Source: Octopus bimaculoides
Lineage: Eukaryota
Length of the DNA stretch: 57,637 nt
Assembly (NCBI RefSeq): GCF_001194135.2
Contig: NC_068988.1
Coordinates: 19,035,708 to 19,093,344 of the forward strand
Direction of reading: 5' to 3'
The notes beneath the pieces are model-generated. The model saw only the letters and a program-made list of their open reading frames with translations, did no database searches and was not told the origin of the DNA. Made by a program: the position numbers and the translations under genes. Shown here piece by piece: positions 13,225-24,881 of the stretch; the first letter of the stretch is position 1, and the number at the start of each line of letters is the position of its first letter.

Positions 13225-13515
13225 CAGGAAGAATTTGGAGCATTCGAACAGCAAATGTCATGCCTATAATAATTGGTGCGCTGGGAACAGCAAGCCAAGA
13301 TATAGACAAATGGCTGAGCGAGACTGAAATAGAATGCTCGGTAGAGCTCTTACAGAAAGTTTGTCTCTTAGGGACAGCAAGGATTATCAAAAAGGTTCTA
13401 AGCACTTGAAAGACTGCTGAAAAGTTGGGAATACCTAAGGTTACAGGTAGTAACCCGCTATCCACATGATCCCTACTAGGAATAAGACCAAACCCGAGAC
13501 AAATCAAAATAATAA
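13225..13515 (+). mobile_element. R4/Dong-like (RLE-type) non-LTR retrotransposon 3' end
   Basis: RIWSIRTANVMPIIIGALGT...LLQKVCLLGTARIIKKVLST* is the conserved RLE C-terminus (PIxIGALG; QKxxLLGTAxI); followed by a ~100-bp UTR and an (AAT)n tail. Confidence 0.88.
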
Positions 13516-13547
13516 TATCTATATATATATAAAATTGAGAATGTATG

Positions 13548-13666
<119 letters not shown>

Positions 13667-14069
13667 ATCCCTAAAACTCCAGAACTACACAACCAATTTC
13701 ATTCAATTTTAACACATGCCTTACTTAGGGTCCGGGTTGTGTTTTAGTCAAAGAAAATTTTAATTTCTTGCATACTTCCAGCCCACAGCAACATCATATC
13801 TCCTCCACTATTTAAGTATTACGTGTCAAAAGTGAAACAAAAACACTCATAGCATTCGAACCGGAATCTCAAAAACATTGTCCCCTTACATCTCATTCTC
13901 ATTTTTTAAGTACCACGACAGGCAAATAAATATTATTTGTTAATAATAATAATAATGGTGATGATGATGAGGATAATGATGATAACTGAGAGACAGTTAC
14001 GTGGTAAAGAAATGTAATTTCCTACAGGTACAAAATGTTTTTGCCTTTTAAAATCGTAAACGAGATAAG

Positions 14070-14720
14070 CATGATTGGCTCTTTGTGAACGAAAGAAAAA
14101 TCATGTCAAGCCATTAGTTGCAAACGATGAGCAGTCGAATGTATCGTTCGCAGCTGACTTAATGAGTTCAGTGTTAGAATTCTGAGGTAATTCTAAGCTT
14201 CTATACGACATATATACGACATCTGCAACGTATACTCTGCTATGAAAGCCTATCTCTACAAATTAACTCTGTTTCATTTACAGCTAATGATAAATAACTT
14301 CAATCATTTTACATGCTATGACAAATATGGCAAAGAAAAATGAATTCTCGATTTTCTTCTGAATTCGCTCCAGTCATTTCTCAGTAATATGACGCTACAA
14401 TTTCAACAGCATTTTTTGAGATGTCGATGAAAATGGAAAAGCCTTAAAGAAATTTCGAAATTCATATAACTGACTTATTGAAGACTTGCCATCATATCTT
14501 CAACTAGAAGATATTTCCCTGCAGTCAAATGACATGCTAAAAGACACGTACAAAGAAAGAAACTTAACTAACTTTTATCAATGTCCCCAGAAGAAGGATA
14601 AACTTCTTTAAAATCCTTTGCTTGGGGATGAGTTTCGGCATTTGGCAGCGTATTTATGTGCAGAAAAAATGCACCATTTTCAAAGATGATATATATACTA
14701 TAAGATCATTCAAGGTAGCT
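14070..14720 (+). pseudogene. hAT transposase relic (GTF2IRD2/SPIN/Charlie-like C-terminal half)
   Basis: Broken frames give SFAADL, NVYSAMKAYLYKLTLFHLQL...FNHFTC, DLPSYLQLEDISLQSNDMLKDTYKERNLTNFYQC and SAFGS.YLC...FSKM (hAT dimerisation motif); many stops and frameshifts. Confidence 0.85.
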
Positions 14721-14967
14721 GATAACCATTTTCAGACAGGTTTGATAACAGAAAACTCAAAATCTGAAATCATTAAATTCTAAGTTCAAATCCCGTCAAG
14801 GAAAAGTTTGTCTTTCGTAAGTCCGAGGCCGTATAAAATAACGTACCAATCTAATACAGGAATCAATATAATTGACTAACTCCATTTGTAAATGTTAGTA
14901 TGGCGCCAAAATTAAAAACGATTATTATCATTATCATAGAGTTTTTTGTTTTTTTCTTTCTTTTAAG

Positions 14968-15303
14968 TCGGTGACCTGGCAGAATCGTTTGCACGCCGGA
15001 CAATCTACGCAGAGACATTTTGTCCGTCTTTACGTTCTGATTTCAAGTTCCACCAAGGTCCACTTTATCTTTTATCATTTCGTGGTCGATAAAATGAGTA
15101 CTAATCGAGTACTAGCATCGATATAATTGACTAGGCCTCCTCATCCAAATTTCAGGCCTTGTGCCTATAATAGACAGCATTATTATTATAGTTTTATGTT
15201 ATCTTTATTAAAGCAACGAACAACCAGAATCGTTAGCACGCCGAACAACATACTTAGCGGCATTTCGTCCGGTTTTACATTCTGAGTTCAAATTCTCCAA
15301 GGT
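14968..15303 (+). mobile_element. SINE family B, one near-full copy plus a following partial head
   Basis: Two ggcagaatcgtt(t/a)gcacgccg heads; central tttcatttcgtggtcgataaaatgagtac; ggccttgtgcc end. Confidence 0.8.
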
Positions 15304-15335
15304 TGACAGCGTTCAAGCGTGGAAGGTGTTTATAA

Positions 15336-15443
15336 TTTAAATGGCTTATAAAGCCATTTAAAATAACACACAAAAACCGTTAGATTCACTTCAACATTTA
15401 AATTTAATCTGTGAATCTAACGGTTTTTGTGTGTTATTTTAAA
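15336..15443. repeat. Two overlapping perfect inverted repeats (12 bp and 33 bp)
   Basis: tttaaatggctt/aagccatttaaa (15336-15347/15351-15362); tttaaaataacacacaaaaaccgttagattcac (15357-15389) with its exact reverse complement at 15411-15443. Confidence 0.95.
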
Positions 15444-16136
15444 AAATCATTATTAAAGATAATTTCTTTTTAAATAAATGATGTTTCCTACACTGCCTCA
15501 ATATTTTGGATAGCATGATTCATGCATGATAAAACTGAGAATGAAACGAGGCTGGGAGAAAAACTGAATCCATTTTGGATGGAGTTGAACTACGTGTGAC
15601 TATAGTAGTTAGTTTCTATCCGTAGACCGGCCACCTCTTCAAATATTTTCTCTGAGTCTTGACATTTCATTGACAAAACAATTTTATACTGACATGTATC
15701 TCTGGTATTATTCATCAACAGTCTGGTTGCACGAATAAATTAATTGCTGTTCTGTTTGTAACTCTCATTTATTTCATCTCCGTCCAGATGTTATCAGAAG
15801 GCTGTGACGTCCATGTTTTCTCATCGTCCAGACAAAATGTGATTGTGTTCACACACACTCACACATTTATATGTATCTATATATACATATATATATATAT
15901 ATGTGTGTGTATGTGTTTTTATGTATATGGATGTACATATTTATGTATGTAAATAAGCATACAGTTAGCTATACACACATACGCACAATCATACATACAT
16001 GCACACACACACATGCATATACATAAACGTGAGCGTATGTATGTATGTATATGTATGTATGAACGTACGTATGTATGTACGTATGTATGCGTTTATGTAT
16101 GTGTGCATTTAAGCATTTATGGATTTATGTATGTAC

Positions 16137-16214
<78 letters not shown>

Positions 16215-16891
16215 TTATGACGATAAAGGCGCTGCAAAAGCAGATAGAAAAAGAAAGACACTTTGGAGAAAAGAAACTAACGAGCTTAGTAGCGAAACGA
16301 AGACAGACAGACGGTAGGGTGAGGGATGGGGGAGTAAGTGATATAGAAACGAACAAGAGACACAATGAATTAAAGGAGAGAGAGATAGAGAGAAAAAGGG
16401 AGAAAGAAAGAGATAGAGATAGAGAAAGGGAGAGAGAGGAAATGAAAGATAAATAGGACGAAGGAAAGAACGAGAGAGAGGTTGAGATGAGGAGGAGATT
16501 AAACGATGCTGTGATTACATTGATCCACAAGAATGAAGAATGGCAGAATTAGTAGATTTACTATAGTGACCGTTGATTCTCAGAACTGGTTTGTCTTATT
16601 CCATTTTCACTTAGAGAATCCTGATTTAACTCTTCACTCGTTCTGTGTATTACTTGTGATTCACAGGACATGTTTTTGTGACGTCTATGCATTACATACC
16701 ATACACATTCTCAGTTTTTTCAATCGCTAAAGTAACTTAGGACTTACCGAAGGAAAGCTTCGTATTACCCTGAACATATAAAAAACAAAGGATGACTAAA
16801 AGTCTGAAAGCAAGTGCGGATGATTAGGACAAACATATGAAAATGCTTTGGACATGAAAAGGAATAAGTGCTTGTCTATCTATTGACATAC

Positions 16892-17019
16892 GTCTTTTAT
16901 CCTCCACCTCTTCAGACTCTTTACAAACTGTAACCATACATTCCTTCTCAGAACTTCCCACCCATATAGAATCGTCCAGTTGCCCTGCACATGTTATATC
17001 AGCAGTTGCCTTGTTGATA
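16892..17019 (-). CDS. Candidate internal exon of an unidentified gene (WD40/beta-propeller-like strand pattern)
   Basis: tgtgcttcttacgcag|...|gtatgt; one open frame INKATADITCAGQLDDSIWVGSSEKECMVTVCKESEEVEDKR; no homology search was possible, and a plus-strand reading also has splice-like ends. Confidence 0.3.
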
Positions 17020-17328
17020 CTGCGTAAGAAGCACATTAAACTCCTGTAGCTAACTTGTGTCTGATCATCTGTAGCAGCCACATGGACTGTCCTTTCTTTA
17101 GATTAAATCAATAAGAAAATGCTCTCTGTTATGTTGTTGCTTAGTCCTAGGTCATACTTGATCGAGCTCGGTTTTCAACTAAATCAATCTGACCATGACC
17201 AACCTATCTTTCTACGGATGAATAGCACTAGATTAGTCTTATACAGAAAGAACGAGTGAGTATAATAGTAATTGAGACAGAATGAGCAGAGGGAGAGAAC
17301 CGTAAAGTACAGAAAAGAAAGAAGTAAC

Positions 17329-17376
<48 letters not shown>

Positions 17377-17892
17377 AAGAGAGGGTGAGAGTGAGGGGGA
17401 AGTTAAGGATGATCGATAATGATCAATGACTAATGATCAATGAACGACGATTATTGATTAACATTGAGTAATCGGTGACATAGTTACGTAGACGGTTCAC
17501 TGAGTTGCATTGCAAACTTTACCAATGTACCTACGTAAATACACACACAAACATATACACAAGCAGGCACGTACACACACACACACACGCACACACATCA
17601 TTAAACACACGTAGAAGAACATAAAAATACGTATTTGTCAACAAACTCAAGCACACATTAAACACTCGTCATATGCGCAACCACATACAAGCACAACACG
17701 CATATTCTAACATACACACTCTTACATATTTACACTCCAAAAGGTAGACACAGCTCACTCAGAAATACACACGCGCATGTACACATAAACATACACATTA
17801 CATATGCGTTCACACAAACAGTAACAAACTTTCTAATACACATCACTAAGGTTTAGAGAGGCATGACCTTTACGCTAATACGGATAATCTTT

Positions 17893-17943
<51 letters not shown>

Positions 17944-18004
17944 TACTACCCAGCGTTGCCCGGTAAAATATTCACAGAATTGTTTGCCAGTTTTCCAATG
18001 GGAA

Positions 18005-18164
18005 TCTATGTACATTATTTACATTTGACGGATATTTGTCCTCATCTTGTTTGTTGTTAACACAACGCTTCGGCTGATATACTCTCCAGCCTTCATCAGG
18101 TGTCTTGGATGAAATTTGAAACCTAAGTTCTAATTCCTAAGGTATTTTTCGATGTTATTTATTA

Positions 18165-18233
<69 letters not shown>

Positions 18234-18255
18234 TCACTTGCCTGGAATCGAACTC
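18005..18255. mobile_element. Repeat carrying the hammerhead motif (probable Penelope-like pseudo-LTR) with an internal (ATT)n tract
   Basis: Hammerhead fold; its start atgtacattatttacatttga resembles the sequence after the 20.7-21.1 kb palindrome. Confidence 0.5.
18059..18104 (-). ncRNA. Minimal type I hammerhead ribozyme motif (Penelope-like-element type), one core substitution
   Basis: Minus strand reads gacac-CTGATGA-a-ggctg-gagagtatat-cagcc-GAAG-cg-TT-gtgtt: helix I gacac/gtgtt, helix II ggctg/cagcc, palindromic helix III; GAAA is changed to GAAG. Confidence 0.7.
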
Positions 18256-18418
18256 GGAATTCTTTTAGTTTCCGTCTACCAAATCCACTCACAAGGCTTT
18301 GGTCGGCCCGAGGCTATAGTAGAAGACACCTTGCCCAAGGTGCCACGCAGTGGGACTGAACCCGGAACCATGTGGCTGGTAAGCAAGCTACTGACCACAC
18401 AGCCACTCCTGCGCCTAT
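18256..18418 (-). mobile_element. tRNA/CORE-like SINE family C, 5' half
   Basis: Near-identical to 56735-56885; A/B-box head and ggcaccttgggcaaggtgtcttct CORE-like box on the minus strand. Confidence 0.88.
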
Positions 18419-18954
18419 ATATGAAATTTTAAAGCGTAATGTCATTTTAACATACTAAGCTCGGTTTTGTCTACCTATATGCGCATTCACTTATCTCATT
18501 ACAAAACATATTCAGCAGCAGATCCTAGAAAATTACGGCGTCCTGCGTTAAAAAAAAGATGATAACGAGAATCATAAATCACCAGCACAAAAATGAAATA
18601 AATACATAAACAAATAAAAGATGGGAAAAACTTCACACAGTGTGTTGTGTGTCATGATAATTGTATTGAGCCAATCAATGACATGAAACTTACTGAAGCT
18701 GCGTTTCGCGACTAATCATCTTGATTTACCTGTTAAACAACCAATAGTATATGGAACAGAAGGGATCTAATCTATAACGAATGTGACTGTAGCATATTAG
18801 ATTGGGCAGGTGTATAAACAAAATGAAGCTATTCTATGCGCTGTTTGGTTGCCCTTAAATTACATACACACGGAAAAAGTAAATAAATAAATAAAAGAGA
18901 GAAAAGGAAAGGGTAAAAAAAAATATTTTACTGTCGGTGGAGCTTTGATCTAGT

Positions 18955-19275
18955 GTTGCTGCAAATATCTTGTTCGCTACAGGTTGGGGGAAAAATTGAG
19001 CGAAGAAAACTGAATAGACTTTGTTATTGTCAATTGATACTGTTGATCGAAAGATTCCTGACAAGTCGGATGATATAAACATTAAGGTAATTTCGGAAAT
19101 CAAAAAGGATCAGCTAGTTGTCTTTAGTATCCAACTAGATGAATCCACTGGCAAGTTATCTGACGTTTAGCTGCTTACATACACAGAATCCTGAAAGGAC
19201 TTGAATTTCAAAGAAAAAATTCTTGTTTTTTCAACACTCAGAAAGCATAACGAAAGTGAGGCTTATATATGAAGT
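18955..19275 (+). pseudogene. hAT transposase fragment (Buster/ZBED5/SCAND3-like)
   Basis: LSIDTVDRKIPDKSDDINIKVISEIKKDQLVVFSIQLDEST matches the 'LSNDTVxRRIxxxxxDI...FxIQLDESTD' first catalytic-Asp motif; followed by the FKEKFLFF-like segment. Confidence 0.85.
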
Positions 19276-19343
19276 TATATTTGTTAAGTGCTAAAACACG
19301 AAACTTTCTGCCCTTGAGTCATTCTGTAACTTCTGCCGATTAA

Positions 19344-19462
<119 letters not shown>

Positions 19463-19465
19463 GCG

Positions 19466-19515
<50 letters not shown>

Positions 19516-19516
<1 letters not shown>

Positions 19517-19721
19517 TAGGCACAAGGCCTGGAATTTGTAAGGAGTAGGACAGTCGGTTACATCGACTCAAAGAAATAGACTGGTACTTAATTTATCGAC
19601 CCCGAAAGGATGAAAGACAAAGTCGACCACGGTGGAATTTGAATTCAGAACGTAAAGACAAACGAAAAAACCGTTAAGCACTTCGCCCGGCGTGCTAACG
19701 ATTCTTCCAGCTAGCCGCCTA

Positions 19722-19722
<1 letters not shown>
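19516..19722 (-). mobile_element. SINE family B
   Basis: Full head-to-tail match on the minus strand with an (AAT)n flank. Confidence 0.9.
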
Positions 19723-19754
<32 letters not shown>

Positions 19755-19764
19755 CCTTTCTATT

Positions 19765-19866
19765 ATAGGCACAAGGCCTGGAATTTGTAAGGAGGAAGAC
19801 AGTCGATTACATCGACTCAAAGAACTAGACTGGTACTTAATTTATCGACCTCCCGAAAGGATGAAA
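19765..19866 (-). mobile_element. SINE family B, tandem sister copy running into a gap
   Basis: Shares ggaatttgtaaggag and gactcaaagaa.tagactgg with the 19516 copy. Confidence 0.85.
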
Positions 19867-19920
19867 NNNNNNNNNNNNNNNNNNNNNNNNNNNNNNNNNN
19901 NNNNNNNNNNNNNNNNNNNA

Positions 19921-20030
<110 letters not shown>

Positions 20031-20432
20031 CAACAACAACAACAACTTTGTGGTTAATTAGATTTTCTTTTTCCTGAAATTCTGAGACCTTGGGTTTTAG
20101 ATCTGCGAGAACATTTTGCAGAATTTTTACACGATTCCAAACCCAAAGGTCTTTTTGAAATCCGTTCCTAAAAGAAATTCCATGCCTTACATATCGGTAC
20201 ATGAAAGTGTGAGTAACTCTTTGCTCATTATTTACGATAGTGAACAAGGATTTTCAGCGGTCTGTATAGACCCCCAAAACAAACTTAGTGTAAGCTTGTC
20301 AACTGAATGTTATCTTTGTGTCAGTGGGGTTTGGTGAAGCTCAAGAGGTGTTAGATCTATTGTAAGCATAGAGAACATTTATACGGTCTGAAACTGATCA
20401 CACACACACACACACACACACACATAAATACA

Positions 20433-20496
<64 letters not shown>

Positions 20497-20670
20497 NNNN
20501 NNNNNNNNNNNNNNNNNNNNNNNNNNNNNNNNNNNNNNNNNNNNNNNNNNNNNNNNNNNNNNNNNNNNNNNNNNNNNNNNNNNNNNNNNNNNNNNNNNNN
20601 NNNNNNNNNNNNNNNNNNNNNTATATATATGTATGTGTGTGTGTGTGTGTGTGTGTGTGAAGCAAATAAG

Positions 20671-21094
20671 TAACAAAGGTGTCCAGGTATTAGTGCATTA
20701 CGGCTGTTTCAAGCGGCTCCATTTAATCAATCAGTGCAAACATTACATCAATTTGGATGCGTACGACAATATAGATTTCCAACATACGGGATTCTCCATT
20801 ATAATCTTTTAGCAAACTTTTCATCAGTACTAGAGACTAAAATACATTGCTTCCTTTTGCTTCATTCTGCAACAATGATAGCAAAAAAAAAAAAAAATGT
20901 ATTTTAGTCTCTAGTACTGGTGAAAAAAAATTGCTAAAATATTATAATGGAGTATCCTATATGTTGGAAATCTATATGGTCGTACGCATCTGAGGAGAGC
21001 GGTTTATTTCAAATTGATGTAATATTTGCATTGACCAATTAAATGGAACCGCTCGAAACAGCCTTAATGCACTGTTACCTGAACATCTTTGCTA
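20671..21094. repeat. Long imperfect palindrome (~190-bp arms, ~20-nt spacer; by eye roughly 85-90% identical)
   Basis: taacaaaggtgtccaggt...tagagactaaaatacatt mirrored by aatgtattttagtctcta...acctgaacatctttgcta; the right arm has 18 extra nt (tgaggagagcggtttatt). Confidence 0.93.
20986..21070 (+). ncRNA. Type I hammerhead ribozyme fold with extended helix II
   Basis: gcat-CTGAGGA-gagcggtt-[42 nt, itself foldable]-aaccgctc-GAAA-c-agcc-t-TA-atgc: helix I gcat/atgc, perfect 8-bp helix II, intact CUGANGA/GAAA/UH core; C-U mismatch at 15.2-16.2. Confidence 0.75.
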
Positions 21095-23634
21095 TTTCAG
21101 TTCTATATTTAAGAGATGAGGAATTATGTATATTATTTACCTTATTTACATTATTTATTTGATTTTTATTAACCTAACTTCGAGCTGTGCGTTCAATACT
21201 GGACAGACTTGGTGCCTCAGCTTAAGTACCTAATTCGACTGAATTTATATATATAAACAATGTATTAAGAATTACAGGATAATATTTCTATACTTATAGA
21301 ATAATTTATTAGTTTGGGAATAAAGATGTGTTAGCGTACATGCATGCTCTAGTATTTTAAAAATTTAAATCTAAAATGTTAAGCGTAACGCCCTGCTTAA
21401 GAGATTTAACTCCGTTTTCATGTTGAGTGATGAAATGGCACCGTAAGAACACGAAAAATGTTCCAGAGGAAAAAAATGTGTTTGAGTAGAGGAGACCCAC
21501 GCCATTAGCGTACTTAATAGAATGCTTAAGTACAACGTATGGGGTCAGTATTCATTATAAATATAAGATGCTTCAGTTTGTGTCGATCTTCATAAGATTG
21601 ATATTGTAGGTCCGAGGCCCTCCTTAAATACCATATATGAACCAAAATAATAATAAAAAAATTGTAGTTCACATAAAAACCTTTTGGTGTTCTAAAACTA
21701 GAGCTCTGTTAATATAGCCACGAAGAACCATTTGTCTTTCACTTTCTGATTTTATTATTGAGGACAGCTACCTTATTATTATATAAAGAGAAACAACGAG
21801 AATAATAACACCAACAACGCAACGAACAACTGTATCAGAAGCAATGACAGTGACTGAGGTAGTTTAAAGGTTATATTAGTAAAGTAAGAAGAGGTTTAGG
21901 AATTTACTGAAGTATAGGAGAACAGAACGGACACTTTCATGTTAGGATGATCTCAGTTCCCTGATATTTATGTTGTTTTAGTTGTTGTTTAGATCCAGTT
22001 CAATCCTAATTGAACAGACTTGTGATCAAACGCATTCCTACGTTCCAGCTGACCAGCCTGTCTTTTATTCAAATATAGTGCATTTCGCGGTACATTATCC
22101 AGTGTCTTTTTCCTTTGTTAAGACATCAGGGTAAATTTGATGTCGATTTGGTTGCTATTTCCCATAATTTTCGAACGATCGATTCCATAGAGATTCTTTC
22201 TGTTGGTTCGCCTCTGATTTATTACAGGTGATTCTGAATCTAGCACAAAGTTTATAGATGCTGCCAATTCAGTTACTTTTTTTTTTATAGCTATATATAA
22301 TTGTATGTATTTGCTCTTTTCCATCTGAATTCTGTGATGAAATTGATGCTAAGTTTGTATGAAGTCGTTTATGTTAAAAGCACTGTTAGTTATCTTGTCA
22401 ACATCGGGAAAGTTTGGCGTTCTAAAATTACATGAGAACTTATATTAAATATTTGTTGCTTCTGTAGCTGTTGTTTTTATATTATTATTGTTATTTTTGT
22501 ATTTGAAAATATTTACAATAAATGTTGTTTGTTGTTTGTACTTTTTTAGTGATGTTGTTGATGCCGCAGTTGATGCCGTTCTCTAGAAGAGATGAGAAAG
22601 AAACACGGTTGCTAATGGCTACTTTACCAGAGTGTTGTTTCTATAATAACATATAATTTTATGCAAACTACTATATTTATGAATTTTTTTGCGATAACGT
22701 CCTATTGATTTTTATTCTATGTTCATCTGCATATTGTAAAACAAAAAAAAAATGAACACAAGAAAAAAAATCAGACAAAATTGTATAAAGTCCACGAAAA
22801 ATCTTAAGGGATGTTTTGGTATGAAGATTCAATATTTCAGCAAGAAAAAAGAAGAAAACTGTTGAAGGAACAATTAAATTATGAAGTAAAAATAAAATAA
22901 AATTGTTCAAAAAATAAAATAGTCCCCTAAGAAAATCCACAGAGAAGAAAAAATTTAGAAGGATATAATTTTATGTGTTCGTTTCTGATTTTTGTTAAAG
23001 ATCTTCTTTGAGATTTCGGTTGAGTCCATGCATATATTTAGTTGATAACTGTTTGCAGTGTTTTCGCATGTACGCCTCTACATGTACACACACGTACACA
23101 CATACGCTACACTGACACACGCACGCACAATATACACCCACAAACTCACACACACACACACATTTAGAGATGCGCCAATACTTTGATTTATTTTAGATAA
23201 TCTCTATGTTAATTAAGCTCGATTTTTCTGATTGATTCACACGTCTTTTTCTATTTACAAAATACATTCTCAAGGCGTACACAAAAGTTATACATATATT
23301 TGCGTATAAAATCGAGTACACGTCGAGTATATAATGGTGAATGCTGCAGAGCTCTACACTAAGATTAAACACAAAAGACATTCACAACCCAAACACACGA
23401 GAGCAATATATTGTAACAGAAAAGAAAGAGGATTTCAACAACCACACACACACACACAAATCCCTGTGAAAATAGTCAACACGGTGAAACTAAAGAGATA
23501 AAAGCGCACACGCTTCCTATCATTCAAAACAAATATACACACAGGCACAGGTAAAAGCTAATACAAATGCATACACCAATTAAAGCACTAACATACTTAC
23601 ATACACGTGCATGCACATATATGTGTGTACAATC

Positions 23635-23723
<89 letters not shown>

Positions 23724-24016
23724 TGTGTGTGTGTGTGTAAGTGCGTACACACATATGTGCATACATATGTACATATATATGTATTTATGCGTCTATGTGT
23801 GCCGTATCTATGTTATATATTAAAATGACCGATAATTAACAGTGAATATAATTAAGGCCAACTCCTTGGTTTATCAACAGATATTCAAAACAATTATCGA
23901 TTTATTATTGCGAATCCCTCGGCTATCTAACCGCCATCTTTGCTGGTGCTACTGTGTGTGTGTGTGTGTATCTATGTATGTATGTATGTATGTGTGCGTG
24001 TGTGTATCTATGTATG

Positions 24017-24060
<44 letters not shown>

Positions 24061-24187
24061 GATTATTAGAGATAGATAGACAGATAGATATAGATAAATA
24101 GGTAATTTGACAGATAAAAATATATATACACAAATTTATGTATACACACACACTTATATACTAAGCTGCTGTTGCTGGGCTGTTGCC

Positions 24188-24193
24188 GATGTT

Positions 24194-24249
<56 letters not shown>

Positions 24250-24382
24250 GGTGGTAGTAGTAGTAATAAAGGTAGTAGTAGTAGTTGTTATTGTCGTTGT
24301 TGTTGTTGTTGTTGATGATGACGATGATGATGACGATGATGATGACAACGATGATGATGACAACGATGATGATGACGATGGC

Positions 24383-24423
<41 letters not shown>

Positions 24424-24445
24424 CAGCGATGATGATGATGACGGC

Positions 24446-24477
<32 letters not shown>

Positions 24478-24510
24478 CGATCATGATGATGATAATGATG
24501 ATGATGGTGG

Positions 24511-24560
<50 letters not shown>
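24188..24560. repeat. Compound trinucleotide microsatellite (GTA/GTG/GTT/GAT/GAC)
   Basis: Directly visible. Confidence 0.95.
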
Positions 24561-24881
24561 GGGATGTTGGTGTTGTCACAAGTACGCATATTTCGAGTCA
24601 CCGAACGGTGTGAACTATATCGATGCTCGAGGGCCCCGTTGTAATGCTCGTGTGAAGAAAGCTAGCCCCTGGTTTTCGATCCCAAATACATTGATAAGCT
24701 TTAACGAATGACAGTAGTGTTAGTAATAGCATAACCATTGTCATTAGCACAGGCGTCATACCATCGCCGACGTCACCAGGACACTTCCATGTCTACCTCC
24801 GCTACCAACACAACGATCCTCACCGCCATCAGTGTTACCAAGACGACAGCCACGTGTCACAGCAATAACAAGCACCGTCAT

